Shown here piece by piece: positions 10,296 to 20,220 of a DNA stretch of 64,000 nt (position 1 is its first letter; every line of letters starts with the position of its first letter). This DNA is from Hydrogenobaculum sp. 3684 (GTDB lineage: Bacteria; Aquificota; Aquificia; Aquificales; Aquificaceae): positions 970,664-1,034,663 of the forward strand of contig NC_015557.1 of assembly GCF_000213785.1 (NCBI RefSeq). Direction: 5' to 3'. A program made the translations under genes and the position numbers. The notes beneath the pieces were generated by a model. The model saw only the letters and a program-made list of their open reading frames with translations, was not told where the DNA came from and made no database searches.

Positions 10296-11038
10296 CAGTA
10301 ATACACCTTTTTTAAGTATAAACCATTAGCTTTTGCCGTGTGGTTTGAAACTTTTTTGGCTTGTAAAAAATCGTTAACATCGTCTATGGATATAAGCCCT
10401 TGAGCGTAAGATAACATCGTGCCTACCATACGCCTTACCATATACCTCAAAAATCTATTGGCAGTAATTGATATTTCTACCAAAGGGTAATCCACTTTAA
10501 AAGTTATATTTTCTACAAAGCAATATCCGTTTTCGTCTTCAAGCTCTTTGGTAAATCCCCTAAAATCCTTATAACCTAAAAATAAGTACGATATCTCCAT
10601 CATTTTGCCTAAATCTGTAGGCTTATACACAAGCATTGCCCTATCCTGGAAAAACGGTGAGTTTTTCTCATCAAAAAACAGTTTGTATATATAGGTTTTT
10701 TTTAAAGCATCAAAACGTGAGTTAAATTCCAAAGGAACTTCTTCTATGTTGTGGACTTTTATATCCTTTGGTAGAGCGCTGTTTAGGGCTTTTTTTAAAA
10801 AGTTTAAATCTTTATCAAATTCCATCTTGACGTTGAATACAAACTCAATAGCATGAACGCCTTTGTCTGTCCTAGAACAACCTATTGCCCTTATTTTTTG
10901 CTTTATAGGTTTTTTCTTATTTACTATGTAATAAAGTTTTTCTTCTACTTCGTTTTGTATGGTGGGTACGTTTGGTTGGTATTGCCATCCGCTGTAATTT
11001 GTACCCACAAAGGATATACTAAATTTGTAGTTCTTCAC
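10295..11038 (-). CDS. truA: tRNA pseudouridine(38-40) synthase TruA
   Basis: GWQYQPN and RTDKGVHA catalytic Asp motif. Confidence 0.85.
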   Translation of the reverse strand: MKNYKFSISFVGTNYSGWQYQPNVPTIQNEVEEKLYYIVNKKKPIKQKIRAIGCSRTDKGVHAIEFVFNVKMEFDKDLNFLKKALNSALPKDIKVHNIEEVPLEFNSRFDALKKTYIYKLFFDEKNSPFFQDRAMLVYKPTDLGKMMEISYLFLGYKDFRGFTKELEDENGYCFVENITFKVDYPLVEISITANRFLRYMVRRMVGTMLSYAQGLISIDDVNDFLQAKKVSNHTAKANGLYLKKVYY

Positions 11039-12714
11039 ACCGCCAACGTGTTCTTTAGATAAAGCTTTGTGATATACTCCATCACCATCCTATTTGTATT
11101 AAAGTAAGTGGATACAGTGGCCACAGACATCTTCATCACACTTACATATTTGCCAAAACTATCATAGTAAGTGGGCAATATTATATATCTAAGCTTGTTG
11201 TAAAGATCATGAATCTCATCAGGATCCCATTCTGGTTCTACGTCTATATCTTCCCAAGAGGTTTTTTTACCTATGGACCAGCCGTTTACGTTTTCCATAC
11301 AACCTTCTATCCACCAACCATCCAATACGGAGAAACTTGGGACACCGTTTAAAGCTGCTTTAATTCCACTTGTACCAGAAGCCTCTAAAGGTCTTTGTGG
11401 AGTGTTTAACCATATATCTACACCGGATATAATAATCTTAGCTTTATACATGTCGTAATTTTCTATAAAAGCTATTTTTAACTTGTCGGTTTTGGATTTT
11501 ACGTAATCTTTTGCATCAAATATCTCTTTTATGATGGCTTTGCCTTCCCCGTCAAGCGGATGAGCCTTACCAGAAAATACTATTTGAAGACCGTTAAAAT
11601 CGTTGGCTATATCTATGAGCCAATCAAGATCTTTTAATATCATGTGGTTTCTTTTATAGGCTGTCATACGTCTTGCTACACCTATAGTAAACCAATCCCT
11701 AGAAAATGAAGCGTCCGTTTGAGAGTTTACAAGATCTATAAGATCTTCCTTTGCTTTTTGATGGGCTTGTATAAATATCTGGTCAGGCACATTGGTTATT
11801 TGTCTTAGAAGAGATGGGTCTTCTTCCCAACCCCTTATAAATTCCGTATATAACTTTTTATGGTGAGGGGAGGCCCATCTTATATGATGAACGCCGTTGG
11901 TAACGTATTCCAGCTTATACCCTTCAAAAATGCCCTCTGAAACATATTTGTGTTTTCTTGATACAGCAGCCACAGTTCTTGAAGCTTTTAAAGATATCCA
12001 AGATAGGTTAAACTCTTGATCGTGATCAAAAAGATCCTCCATATTCGTATCTTTTATATAATCTTTTAAATAGGTTTTCACATCGTCTATTGGGAACTTG
12101 TCAAAAGCAGCTGCCACAGGTGTATGAGTTACAAAAACTACTCTATCTCTCACTTTTTCTATATCTTGTAAATCTTTCAGAAGACCTATCGTGAGAAATG
12201 CTGAGTGACTTTCATTTATGTGATATACCATAATCTTATAACCCAAAACCTTTAAAAGCTCATAACCACCTACACCAAATATAATCTCTTGAAGCATCCT
12301 ATCCTTTCCTTGGGCAAGATAAAGCCTGTCAAATATCTGTCTTATCTCTGGTTGGTTTTCTTTTAGGTTTGTATCTAAAAATAGTACTGGTACTACGTGT
12401 CCAGAAATACCCACCATATCGTATTTCCAAGCTGTCACATATATATCTTGACCGTTAACAGGTATTTTGATTTTAATATCTAAAGGCTTTAAATATTTTG
12501 ATGGGTCCCAAGTTTGCGGGAAATCAGTTTGAGCTCCATGAGCTGTAAGATGCTGAGATGTATAGCCCTTTCTCCAGAGTATAGTAACACCTACAGAGGG
12601 CACTTTTAAATCCGCAAGACTTTGAAGAGTATCACCAGCCAATACCCCTAAACCCCCACTGTAAGTGGGTATATATGGTTCTATGCCGCATTCCATTACA
12701 AAGTAAGCTATCAT
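11035..12714 (-). CDS. glgP: alpha-glucan phosphorylase (GT35, short archaeal/Aquificae type)
   Basis: YSGGLGVLAGDTLQSLADLKVPSVGV N-terminal signature of alpha-glucan phosphorylases. Confidence 0.8.
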   Translation of the reverse strand: MIAYFVMECGIEPYIPTYSGGLGVLAGDTLQSLADLKVPSVGVTILWRKGYTSQHLTAHGAQTDFPQTWDPSKYLKPLDIKIKIPVNGQDIYVTAWKYDMVGISGHVVPVLFLDTNLKENQPEIRQIFDRLYLAQGKDRMLQEIIFGVGGYELLKVLGYKIMVYHINESHSAFLTIGLLKDLQDIEKVRDRVVFVTHTPVAAAFDKFPIDDVKTYLKDYIKDTNMEDLFDHDQEFNLSWISLKASRTVAAVSRKHKYVSEGIFEGYKLEYVTNGVHHIRWASPHHKKLYTEFIRGWEEDPSLLRQITNVPDQIFIQAHQKAKEDLIDLVNSQTDASFSRDWFTIGVARRMTAYKRNHMILKDLDWLIDIANDFNGLQIVFSGKAHPLDGEGKAIIKEIFDAKDYVKSKTDKLKIAFIENYDMYKAKIIISGVDIWLNTPQRPLEASGTSGIKAALNGVPSFSVLDGWWIEGCMENVNGWSIGKKTSWEDIDVEPEWDPDEIHDLYNKLRYIILPTYYDSFGKYVSVMKMSVATVSTYFNTNRMVMEYITKLYLKNTLAV

Positions 12715-12719
12715 AACAA

Positions 12720-13505
12720 TTATTTTATCAGATTGCCAAACTCTTTGTACATCGCTTCTTTTGAGTTTGCAATACCAGTTTCCACTTTTCCAGTAGGACC
12801 CACAAATGTAGGCGTTCCATCTACTCCTAAACCTTGCAAATATGATATATTTTCCTTTACTTTTTCTAAACCTTTTTTACAAGGGCTTTTTGGTACCGGA
12901 GCACTGTACATAAACTCCAGCATGCTATAACTAGCGTTGTTGTCACATAAAAGCTCAGCGGATTTCTTAATAGAGCCTGGATGCAAAGAGCCTGTTGGTG
13001 TTTGTACAGGATATAAAATTACTTTTATTGCTATATGGTTTTTCTTAGCCCATTCTTTAAGCGGGCCTTCCGCTTCGTGACAAAACGGACATTGAGGATC
13101 TGTTATGAAATATACAAAGTTTTTAGCGTTTTTAGAGTTGTACACAAAATCAACATGGTCTTCTAATTCTTTTAGTTGATGCTTTGATAGCTTTTCATAC
13201 TTAGATAGATCTGGAGCTACCAAAGACTTATGCTTTATATCTATCACTTGACCTTGTATTATATAGTTTCCGTTTTTACTTATAAAAAAGTATTGAGCGT
13301 TTAGAGGAGATACTTTAAACACCACTTCACAAAAACCGCTAAGTCTTTTGGATGGATATACATCTTCTATTTTTATAGTAGGCGGTAGGTTAAAATTTTT
13401 CAATATGCTTTTAACCTCTGTTTTTGATGGACAAGCGTCCTTTGCATAAGCACTGCCTATAATCATACCAAAAGCACCTATAGACAACAAAAGCTTTTTA
13501 TACAT
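12720..13505 (-). CDS. periplasmic thiol:disulfide interchange protein, DsbC/DsbG-like
   Basis: Signal peptide; thioredoxin-fold CPFC active site; N-terminal dimerisation-like region. Confidence 0.65.
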   Translation of the reverse strand: MYKKLLLSIGAFGMIIGSAYAKDACPSKTEVKSILKNFNLPPTIKIEDVYPSKRLSGFCEVVFKVSPLNAQYFFISKNGNYIIQGQVIDIKHKSLVAPDLSKYEKLSKHQLKELEDHVDFVYNSKNAKNFVYFITDPQCPFCHEAEGPLKEWAKKNHIAIKVILYPVQTPTGSLHPGSIKKSAELLCDNNASYSMLEFMYSAPVPKSPCKKGLEKVKENISYLQGLGVDGTPTFVGPTGKVETGIANSKEAMYKEFGNLIK

Positions 13506-13543
13506 AAAATTCCTCCTAAATATTAAATGCCATTATACCACAG

Positions 13544-14494
13544 CTAAATGAATAAATCATGAATAGTCTTCACTTTCTCTAACACGTCCTCTGGTTTTAC
13601 AAAATCAAGGCACTTGTAGGTTTTTGTTTTACAGCTTTTAGGATTTATAGAACAAGGATGACAATACAGCTTAGGCTCTAAATAAAACCCATTTATAGGA
13701 TAAAACCCATAAGAGGCTGAAGTAGCGCAATATATTGAAATAGCTTTTATACCAAAGGCGTTTGCTATATGAACGGAAGAAGAATCGTTTGAAATCACCA
13801 AAGAAGAAAGACTAACAACAGCTAAAAACTCTTTTAAAGATGTTAGACCTGATAAGTTTAAAACATTTTTTATATTGTCAAAAGCCTCTAAACGTTTATC
13901 AGATAATATAACTACAGGTTTATCAAGAAATTTTGATAGTTTTACAAAGTGCTCTTGTTTCCAGGTTTTTAAGAAAAAATTTGATATAGGGGATATTGCT
14001 ATGAAAGAAAGTGGTAAATTGAATTTTCTTTTTACAGCTTCTTTTAGACCTTCTTCTATATATAACTTTGGCGGTTTTGGAGTTAGTTTTTTTGATATCA
14101 AAAGCTCCAAAAGTTTTATATTTCTTTCTATCTCGTGAATACCTTTTTCTTGGTAAGGTATAAGGTCTGTATATAAAAATTTCCCCTCTGATCTATCAAA
14201 ACCTATTCGCTTTTTAATACCAGACAAATAAAGCATTAAGGCGCTTCTAAAAGATACATGTAAAGACAAAACAGCATCGTAGCCTTTTATGGCTTTTATG
14301 ATATCAAAAGAATCTTTTAAGGATCTATCGTAAGGATAAAGCTCTACAGGGTAACCATATAAAACATCTTTTATAAAAGGCCTTCCTACAAAACCTACGC
14401 TGTACTCACCAAAAATATCAACGGTATTTTGCAAAAGGGATGTAGCCAGTACCACATCCCCTAAGTAAGCTGTTTGCCAAACAAGTACTTTCAA
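13544..14494 (-). CDS. glycosyltransferase family 9 (ADP-heptose:LPS heptosyltransferase-like)
   Basis: MKVLVWQTAYLGDVVLATSLL N-terminus and the C-terminal GT9 pattern. Confidence 0.7.
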   Translation of the reverse strand: MKVLVWQTAYLGDVVLATSLLQNTVDIFGEYSVGFVGRPFIKDVLYGYPVELYPYDRSLKDSFDIIKAIKGYDAVLSLHVSFRSALMLYLSGIKKRIGFDRSEGKFLYTDLIPYQEKGIHEIERNIKLLELLISKKLTPKPPKLYIEEGLKEAVKRKFNLPLSFIAISPISNFFLKTWKQEHFVKLSKFLDKPVVILSDKRLEAFDNIKNVLNLSGLTSLKEFLAVVSLSSLVISNDSSSVHIANAFGIKAISIYCATSASYGFYPINGFYLEPKLYCHPCSINPKSCKTKTYKCLDFVKPEDVLEKVKTIHDLFI

Positions 14495-14504
14495 TAAATA
14501 AACG

Positions 14505-14933
14505 CTAAAAACTTATGCTGGTTATCTTCCAAGAGCCGTCCTCTTTTGATACGGTAAAAGTAATATCACGTTCCATATGCTCGTTGTCTTTGGTTTCTAG
14601 CACAACCTTTACCTCAGAATCTGATATTTTTGACACATTTTTAATCTTAAAAGATTTTACAAAAGACATCTGACCCTCCAAAGAAGCCCCCAAAGCTTCA
14701 TACGGCTTCATCTCCACTAAAGCAAGTGGTAATTTTAATTGGCTTTCTAAGCTTTCCCTTAGGCTTGGATCGAGCTTTCTTATAGCTTTTATAGGATGAT
14801 GGTCTTTTAGATTAGCCATAAAATCCGATACTAAATCTCTAGATATCCCTTGAGGCGAAGACCCACAAGCTCTAAAAAGCAAAAACACAGCCCCTAAGGC
14901 TACTATTCCTATAACAATTTTCTTCTTTGACAT
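14505..14933 (-). CDS. hypothetical secreted protein or lipoprotein
   Basis: N-terminal signal/anchor MSKKKIVIGIVALGAVFLLFRAC; no motif. Confidence 0.4.
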   Translation of the reverse strand: MSKKKIVIGIVALGAVFLLFRACGSSPQGISRDLVSDFMANLKDHHPIKAIRKLDPSLRESLESQLKLPLALVEMKPYEALGASLEGQMSFVKSFKIKNVSKISDSEVKVVLETKDNEHMERDITFTVSKEDGSWKITSISF

Positions 14934-14934
14934 G

Positions 14935-16332
14935 CTATGACCTCCTAGATTTATTGATAAGATAATCGTAAATATGCTTTGCCGCTTCTTTTCCTTCTTT
15001 CAAAGCTCTTACTACAGTATCACCACCGTTTACCACATCCCCAGATGCAAATATACCCTCAACAGAACACATATAATTTTGGTCCACTTCAAGAGTACCC
15101 CATTTTGTAGTTTTTAAGTTTAATTCTTCAAAGGCTATAGGGTTTGGTTTTTGGCCTATAGCCAACACCACAGCGTCACAGTCTATAACAAACTCTGAGT
15201 TTGGTATCTCAATTGGTCTAGGTCTTCCCGATTCGTCCGGTTCACCAAGCTCCATTTTCACACAAAGAAGACCTTTTGTATAACCGTTTTCATCTCCTAT
15301 TATTTCTTTCGGTTGTGTAAGCCAATGTATTATGGCACCTTCTTCTTGAATATGATCCCATTCTTCGTCTCTAGCTGATGAGGTTTCTCTGGTTCTTCTA
15401 TAAACTACATGGGTTTCTATACCAAACCTTATAGCACTTATAGCACAATCCACAGCGGTAAATCCACCACCTATTATGGCTACTTTTTTTATATCTGCCA
15501 TCGGACAACCTAAAGCTATATTCATGAGAAATTCTATTGCAGAATATACATTTATAAGGTTGTCTCCTTTTATACCGAGATTTCCCCTACCGGCACCTAC
15601 GCCTATAAACACCGCATCGAAATTTTCCTTTAGTTCTTTAAGCGATATGCTTCTTCCTACTACTATGCCAGTATGAAATTTTACGCCCATTTTTTTGAGC
15701 TTGTTTATTTCGTATTCTAATATAGATTTATCAAGCCTTGCATTTGGAATACCGTAAAACATTACACCACCAAGCTTAGGAAGCGCCTCGTAAACCTCAA
15801 CATCTACACCTCTTCTAGCAAGTTCATAAGCACATCCTAATGATGCTGGACCTGAGCCCACAATCGCAACTTTGTATCCTTTCTTTTCTTCTATCTCTAC
15901 CGATGGTTCTATGCCAGATATCCTTACAAAATCTCCTACAAACTTTTCTAAAGCCCCTATGTTAACAGGAAGACCCTTGTTTCTCTTGTTTCTTACCGTA
16001 TCAAAGTACAATATGCAAGCACCTTCGCATTGCCTTTCTTGAGGACATACCCTTCCACATATTGATGGAAATATATCGGTTTGAGTGATTATCTTGTAAG
16101 CTTCCAATATGTTACCTTCCGCTATCTTCGATATAAAACCAGGTATGTCTACATTTATAGGACAACCTTTAATACATCTTTTATCCGCATCTTTGCAAAG
16201 TATACAACGCCTTGCCTCATCTATAGCTAAATTTATTGTATAGCCAAGAGCATACTCTTCAAAAGTCTTTGTGCGCTTATCCACTGGCATTAGGACTTCT
16301 TGGTTTCTATCGTAATACCTAATTTTTTTCAT
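14935..16332 (-). CDS. GltD/NfnB/SudA-like NAD(P)H-dependent FAD/FeS oxidoreductase
   Basis: N-terminal Cys cluster (CILCKD...CIKGCP...CPQERQCEGAC) plus the GSGPASLGCAYELARRG dinucleotide-binding motif; about 465 aa. No glutamate synthase large subunit is nearby. Confidence 0.8.
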   Translation of the reverse strand: MKKIRYYDRNQEVLMPVDKRTKTFEEYALGYTINLAIDEARRCILCKDADKRCIKGCPINVDIPGFISKIAEGNILEAYKIITQTDIFPSICGRVCPQERQCEGACILYFDTVRNKRNKGLPVNIGALEKFVGDFVRISGIEPSVEIEEKKGYKVAIVGSGPASLGCAYELARRGVDVEVYEALPKLGGVMFYGIPNARLDKSILEYEINKLKKMGVKFHTGIVVGRSISLKELKENFDAVFIGVGAGRGNLGIKGDNLINVYSAIEFLMNIALGCPMADIKKVAIIGGGFTAVDCAISAIRFGIETHVVYRRTRETSSARDEEWDHIQEEGAIIHWLTQPKEIIGDENGYTKGLLCVKMELGEPDESGRPRPIEIPNSEFVIDCDAVVLAIGQKPNPIAFEELNLKTTKWGTLEVDQNYMCSVEGIFASGDVVNGGDTVVRALKEGKEAAKHIYDYLINKSRRS

Positions 16333-16335
16333 GGC

Positions 16336-17103
16336 TCAACTCTTCCTAGAACGCACCAACACTTCTTTTAAAATTAGGTGCCTTCTGTTTAAATCATCAA
16401 AATCTATCTTGTTGGCTTCAAGCCAAGGCCCCTCTACGCAAGGAAGTTTAAGCTTGCCATCATATTGAATCCTACAAGCCAAACAAAGCCCTACCGTACA
16501 AAGCATCCTTGTGATAACTGCACACAAAACATTTTTATCTTCATAAACACTAACTAACTCTTTAGCTAAATCGTTAGAACCAGCACTTACAACAACATCA
16601 TATGGTTTATCAATCTTGCTAAAAGCCTCTATACTATCAAACTCATAAACATGATCAAATATATCTGTATAGCTTTTCAAATCGTCTAAACGCACTGAGT
16701 CAGAATTTATAAAAGCAAGTTCTATTTTGTTTTTTGGCTTTAGATGTTTTGCAAGATTGTATATACCTGCAAAACCCCAATTTATACTAACAAAGAGTAT
16801 ATTCTTATATTCTAGCTGAGGGAAAGGTTTTCCAGCTGGACCTTCCACGTAATGCAACCTTTGCCCTGGTTTTATATTTTCAAAAGCCTCAGTCACCACC
16901 GTGTCATCAGATTTTTGCAACAAGAAAGAAACAGTGCTATGTTCTACATCTGCACTCATAATAAAAACAGGTATTCTTTCTGGCTTTTCTTGATATTGCA
17001 TGATAAAAAATTGACCTGGTTTTGCTTTAGAAAGATACAAACTCTTTAGTTTTATTAGTTTCAGACTTTTAGAGATATCTAAAACTTCTAATACTTCAGC
17101 CAT
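16336..17103 (-). CDS. SudB/NfnA/PyrK-like FAD and 2Fe-2S electron-transfer subunit
   Basis: Ferredoxin-NADP-reductase-like fold with the C-terminal CxxGxCxxC...C motif (CTVGLCLACRIQYDGKLKLPC). Adjacent to, and probably co-transcribed with, the GltD-like gene. Confidence 0.7.
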   Translation of the reverse strand: MAEVLEVLDISKSLKLIKLKSLYLSKAKPGQFFIMQYQEKPERIPVFIMSADVEHSTVSFLLQKSDDTVVTEAFENIKPGQRLHYVEGPAGKPFPQLEYKNILFVSINWGFAGIYNLAKHLKPKNKIELAFINSDSVRLDDLKSYTDIFDHVYEFDSIEAFSKIDKPYDVVVSAGSNDLAKELVSVYEDKNVLCAVITRMLCTVGLCLACRIQYDGKLKLPCVEGPWLEANKIDFDDLNRRHLILKEVLVRSRKS

Positions 17104-18094
17104 TCACAAAATCCCTAATGTCAAATATCACCGTAGAACAGCAGTTTGGAGATATATGAGGCTTCATACCAAATTCCATGCTTTGAGATACTATGCCCTC
17201 TGCTGGAAAAGCTATACCGTTGGCTCCTGCTAACATAGCGTATGTATCAAAAGCCAAGCGATACTCTCCTGCTGGTCTTGCACATCCTATTATTATAGGG
17301 TTTTTTGGCATTTTTTGTCTAGCGTAAAGTATCACCTCTGCAGCTTCTTCAGCGCTTGGAGGTTTTATAAGCTGATATCTTGCGTTACCGTAGTAAGGCA
17401 TAACCACTACAAGCACCAAAGCATCGGGATCGTATTTTGATATCATATCTACCGCGTTAAACTCGCCTATAATCTTACCGTAATGTAGGCCTATGATAAT
17501 ATGAGGCACTATTTTAAGGCCATACTCTTTTAAAAGTCTCAATGACTCGTCGTAGTCTTTGGTGCTTTTATGAGGAAGCTTATAAACCTTATGAATTGTT
17601 TCATCTTCACCTATAATATCTAAAAGAACAGCATCCACATCAGCTTCTTTTAGCGTCTTAGCCAATCTTTCATCCACAAGGCCAACATGACATGTTACTA
17701 TAAGCCCTAACTCTTTTTTGGCATATACCATTGCATCTTTATAGTCGTATAGCTCCACGACGTTATCTTTGTTTGAGCCTCCTGATATAAGTATACCTCC
17801 AACGCCTGCTTCCTTTAAGTCCTCACAAACTTTTACAAGCTCTTCGGGAGAAGTGGCAGGTATCATATGGTGCAATATTTTAGAAGCGCAGTGATCGCAC
17901 ATCAATTCACATTTTTTCCCAGTTATAGATATATCTACAAACCTCGGTTTTGGCACAGTTTTGAAATCCTCTACCTCGTAATGCTTAAAACCTGGCCCAT
18001 AAAAAAATATATTGTTTCCAAAATGTTCTTCTTTTGTTTTAAGACCTGTTTTTAGCTTTTCTAAAAAAGCTTCATCTACTTCTATGTCTATCAT
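17096..18094 (-). CDS. radical SAM protein, putative LipS-type lipoyl synthase for LbpA
   Basis: CELMCDHC (Cx3Cx2C) radical SAM motif. It lies within the sHdr-LbpA cluster. Confidence 0.6.
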   Translation of the reverse strand: MIDIEVDEAFLEKLKTGLKTKEEHFGNNIFFYGPGFKHYEVEDFKTVPKPRFVDISITGKKCELMCDHCASKILHHMIPATSPEELVKVCEDLKEAGVGGILISGGSNKDNVVELYDYKDAMVYAKKELGLIVTCHVGLVDERLAKTLKEADVDAVLLDIIGEDETIHKVYKLPHKSTKDYDESLRLLKEYGLKIVPHIIIGLHYGKIIGEFNAVDMISKYDPDALVLVVVMPYYGNARYQLIKPPSAEEAAEVILYARQKMPKNPIIIGCARPAGEYRLAFDTYAMLAGANGIAFPAEGIVSQSMEFGMKPHISPNCCSTVIFDIRDFVNG

Positions 18095-18104
18095 AAATTC
18101 TACC

Positions 18105-18452
18105 TCAAAATGTTATTACTTCAGCACCTTGATCTATGAGTTCTAAAAGCTCTGGACCAATAGCCAAAACGTTTATGCCTTTTTGTTCGTTGTAATCTTT
18201 TTCTCCTAGCTTTGTAGAGTTGTTTATACAGGCCATTGTAGTAACGCCTTTTTCTAAAAGCTTATAAAACAAATCTTTTAAATGAGGTATATTCTCTATT
18301 TGTCTTGGTACTTTAACTCCGTCTGCCCAAAAGAAAAATCTCACATCAAAGCTTGGATCCTCAGAGGCTCTTAAAGCAAACCTCATACTCATCTCTACTC
18401 TCAATTCACTTATATTTACATCAGACATCAACACAATAGCTAATTTCTTCAT
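18105..18452 (-). CDS. DsrE/DsrF-like sulfur-relay family protein
   Basis: 115 aa; DsrE-fold pattern with a conserved Cys (TTMACINNS). Confidence 0.5.
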   Translation of the reverse strand: MKKLAIVLMSDVNISELRVEMSMRFALRASEDPSFDVRFFFWADGVKVPRQIENIPHLKDLFYKLLEKGVTTMACINNSTKLGEKDYNEQKGINVLAIGPELLELIDQGAEVITF

Positions 18453-18527
18453 TTAAAACACCACATACAATTGATTTTTAAATTAAATTTAGCGGCCCTA
18501 CTCCAAAAGAGTAGGGCATAGATTATA

Positions 18528-18974
18528 TTAACCGCAGGAGATACCTTTTTCTTTTGCTATAGCACCTAACTTTTCTGCAGCTTCTGGGCCTTTAAGAAGC
18601 ATTGACACTTCTGATGGATTAGTGGGTTTTATCTTTGCTATCCAACCAGCACCATAGGGATCGTCGTTAGCTAAGGCAGGATTTGCTTTTACTGCATCGT
18701 TTATCTCTACCACTTCGCCACTCAATGGAGATGGCACTGGACCAACCCATTTTCCACTTTCTATGGTAGCTACTGACTTTCTTCTTTCCACAGTTTTACC
18801 TGGTTTTTTCGGTGTATAGGCTACCAATCTACCAGCCATAGCTGCAGCTACAGAAGTGAGGCCTACCGTGAAGGTGCCATCACCGTTGTCTTTTGCCCAT
18901 GTGAAGGCATTAGCCTCTGCGTCAACGTCGTAAAGTAAATCCTCTGGGATATTGCACCCGTTTACTACTGCCAT
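18528..18974 (-). CDS. lbpA: glycine-cleavage-H-like lipoate-binding protein LbpA (copy 2)
   Basis: GcvH fold with a lipoyl-lysine motif ESGKWVGPVPSPLSGEVVEIN. Confidence 0.75.
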   Translation of the reverse strand: MAVVNGCNIPEDLLYDVDAEANAFTWAKDNGDGTFTVGLTSVAAAMAGRLVAYTPKKPGKTVERRKSVATIESGKWVGPVPSPLSGEVVEINDAVKANPALANDDPYGAGWIAKIKPTNPSEVSMLLKGPEAAEKLGAIAKEKGISCG

Positions 18975-19026
18975 ATATACCTCCTTAATAAATTATTTTC
19001 TAAATTAATTTTTAACTTTTAAAAGC

Positions 19027-19428
19027 CTAAAAAATTATTACCTTATCAGCTTCTAAAGATTTTTGAGCAAATTCACCAGCTGGAACTATACCGTCTAGCA
19101 ATGGTATTAGCTCATCTTCTTTTAAACCCGATGAATCTATAGCCTGCTTACAAGAGTAAAGTTTAACACCAGCAGCTTTAGCATCTTTCATAAATTCATA
19201 TACCGATTTTGGTTTTTGACCTGCTACACAGGAATCTCCACCGGGGTATATAGATTCTGGAACGCCCTTTCTTATTAGATTTGTACCATCCATATTAAAA
19301 AATATCTCTACTATTGCATCGTTTGAAGCCATCAAAGCTCCTATAAAAAACGGTGTAGCGCATCTATGAGGTGTTTTTGGACCGCTTGTCATTAGTATTA
19401 ACACTTTTTGGCCTTCTGCTTCCATCAT
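19027..19428 (-). CDS. DsrE-family protein
   Basis: DsrE-like pattern with Cys (KLYSCKQA); 133 aa. Confidence 0.55.
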   Translation of the reverse strand: MMEAEGQKVLILMTSGPKTPHRCATPFFIGALMASNDAIVEIFFNMDGTNLIRKGVPESIYPGGDSCVAGQKPKSVYEFMKDAKAAGVKLYSCKQAIDSSGLKEDELIPLLDGIVPAGEFAQKSLEADKVIIF

Positions 19429-19682
19429 GAGTTAAGCACCTTCCTTACCTCTTCTTCTGAGGGCACTCCTACAAATGTTAGTTTGCCGTTTATAATCGTA
19501 GATGGAACACTTCTAACTATTAACTTTTTAGCCCAAGCCCTACCTTCTGGTTGAGCCACATCGAGCACTTCGTACTTGAAACCAAGTTCAGCTTGTAACT
19601 TTTGATAAAGAGCATCTGCATCTGGACATGTAGCACACCACTGAGACACTAAAAGTATAACATGTTTATCAGAAGCCGCCAT
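19425..19682 (-). CDS. thioredoxin/glutaredoxin-like small protein
   Basis: WCATCP CxxC motif in an 85-aa thioredoxin-fold-like ORF. Confidence 0.5.
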   Translation of the reverse strand: MAASDKHVILLVSQWCATCPDADALYQKLQAELGFKYEVLDVAQPEGRAWAKKLIVRSVPSTIINGKLTFVGVPSEEEVRKVLNS

Positions 19683-19683
19683 A

Positions 19684-20160
19684 CTACGTACACCTCATGC
19701 AAATAATATCTTCTCTATCTATGTACTCTTTCATTTTTCTAACAGCTTCTTCACCAGTTACCAAATCTTTTAAATCTCTTTCTAAATTTACAGGTTTTAA
19801 CGTTACTATCCAACCTCTACCATATGGATCGTAATTTATTATATCAGCTTGCTCTAATAACTCTTCGTTTCTTCTTACTACTTCACCCTCTACGATACAA
19901 GGTATAGGACCAGCCCATTTACCACTCTCTAACGATGCCACTGGTTTACCTTTGGGTATTTTCTTACCGACATCTTTTATGCGTATATGTAGAAGCTTAC
20001 CAGATCTGGTTTGCCCTACATCTGTAAGACCGTACGTTACATTACCGTCTGGCTCTAACCTAATCCACACTTGATTTTCTATATCGTAATACAAATCTTT
20101 TGGTATCAAACAACCGTTATGATCAACTATATTTTCGTCTACATTACCATGTAAATCCAT
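19684..20160 (-). CDS. lbpA: glycine-cleavage-H-like lipoate-binding protein LbpA (copy 1)
   Basis: VASLESGKWAGPIPCIVEGEVV lipoyl-lysine motif. Confidence 0.75.
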   Translation of the reverse strand: MDLHGNVDENIVDHNGCLIPKDLYYDIENQVWIRLEPDGNVTYGLTDVGQTRSGKLLHIRIKDVGKKIPKGKPVASLESGKWAGPIPCIVEGEVVRRNEELLEQADIINYDPYGRGWIVTLKPVNLERDLKDLVTGEEAVRKMKEYIDREDIICMRCT

Positions 20161-20220
20161 ATCTATACACCTCTAGAGCTTGAAATTGCCCCCAGAAAAC
20201 GTGGGGGGCAAAATAGTATA

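Noticed and set aside
14935-16332. Annotating the GltD-like protein as glutamate synthase small subunit
   Set aside because: No gltB large subunit is adjacent. The partner is a PyrK/SudB-like protein, which fits the NfnAB/SudAB type instead.
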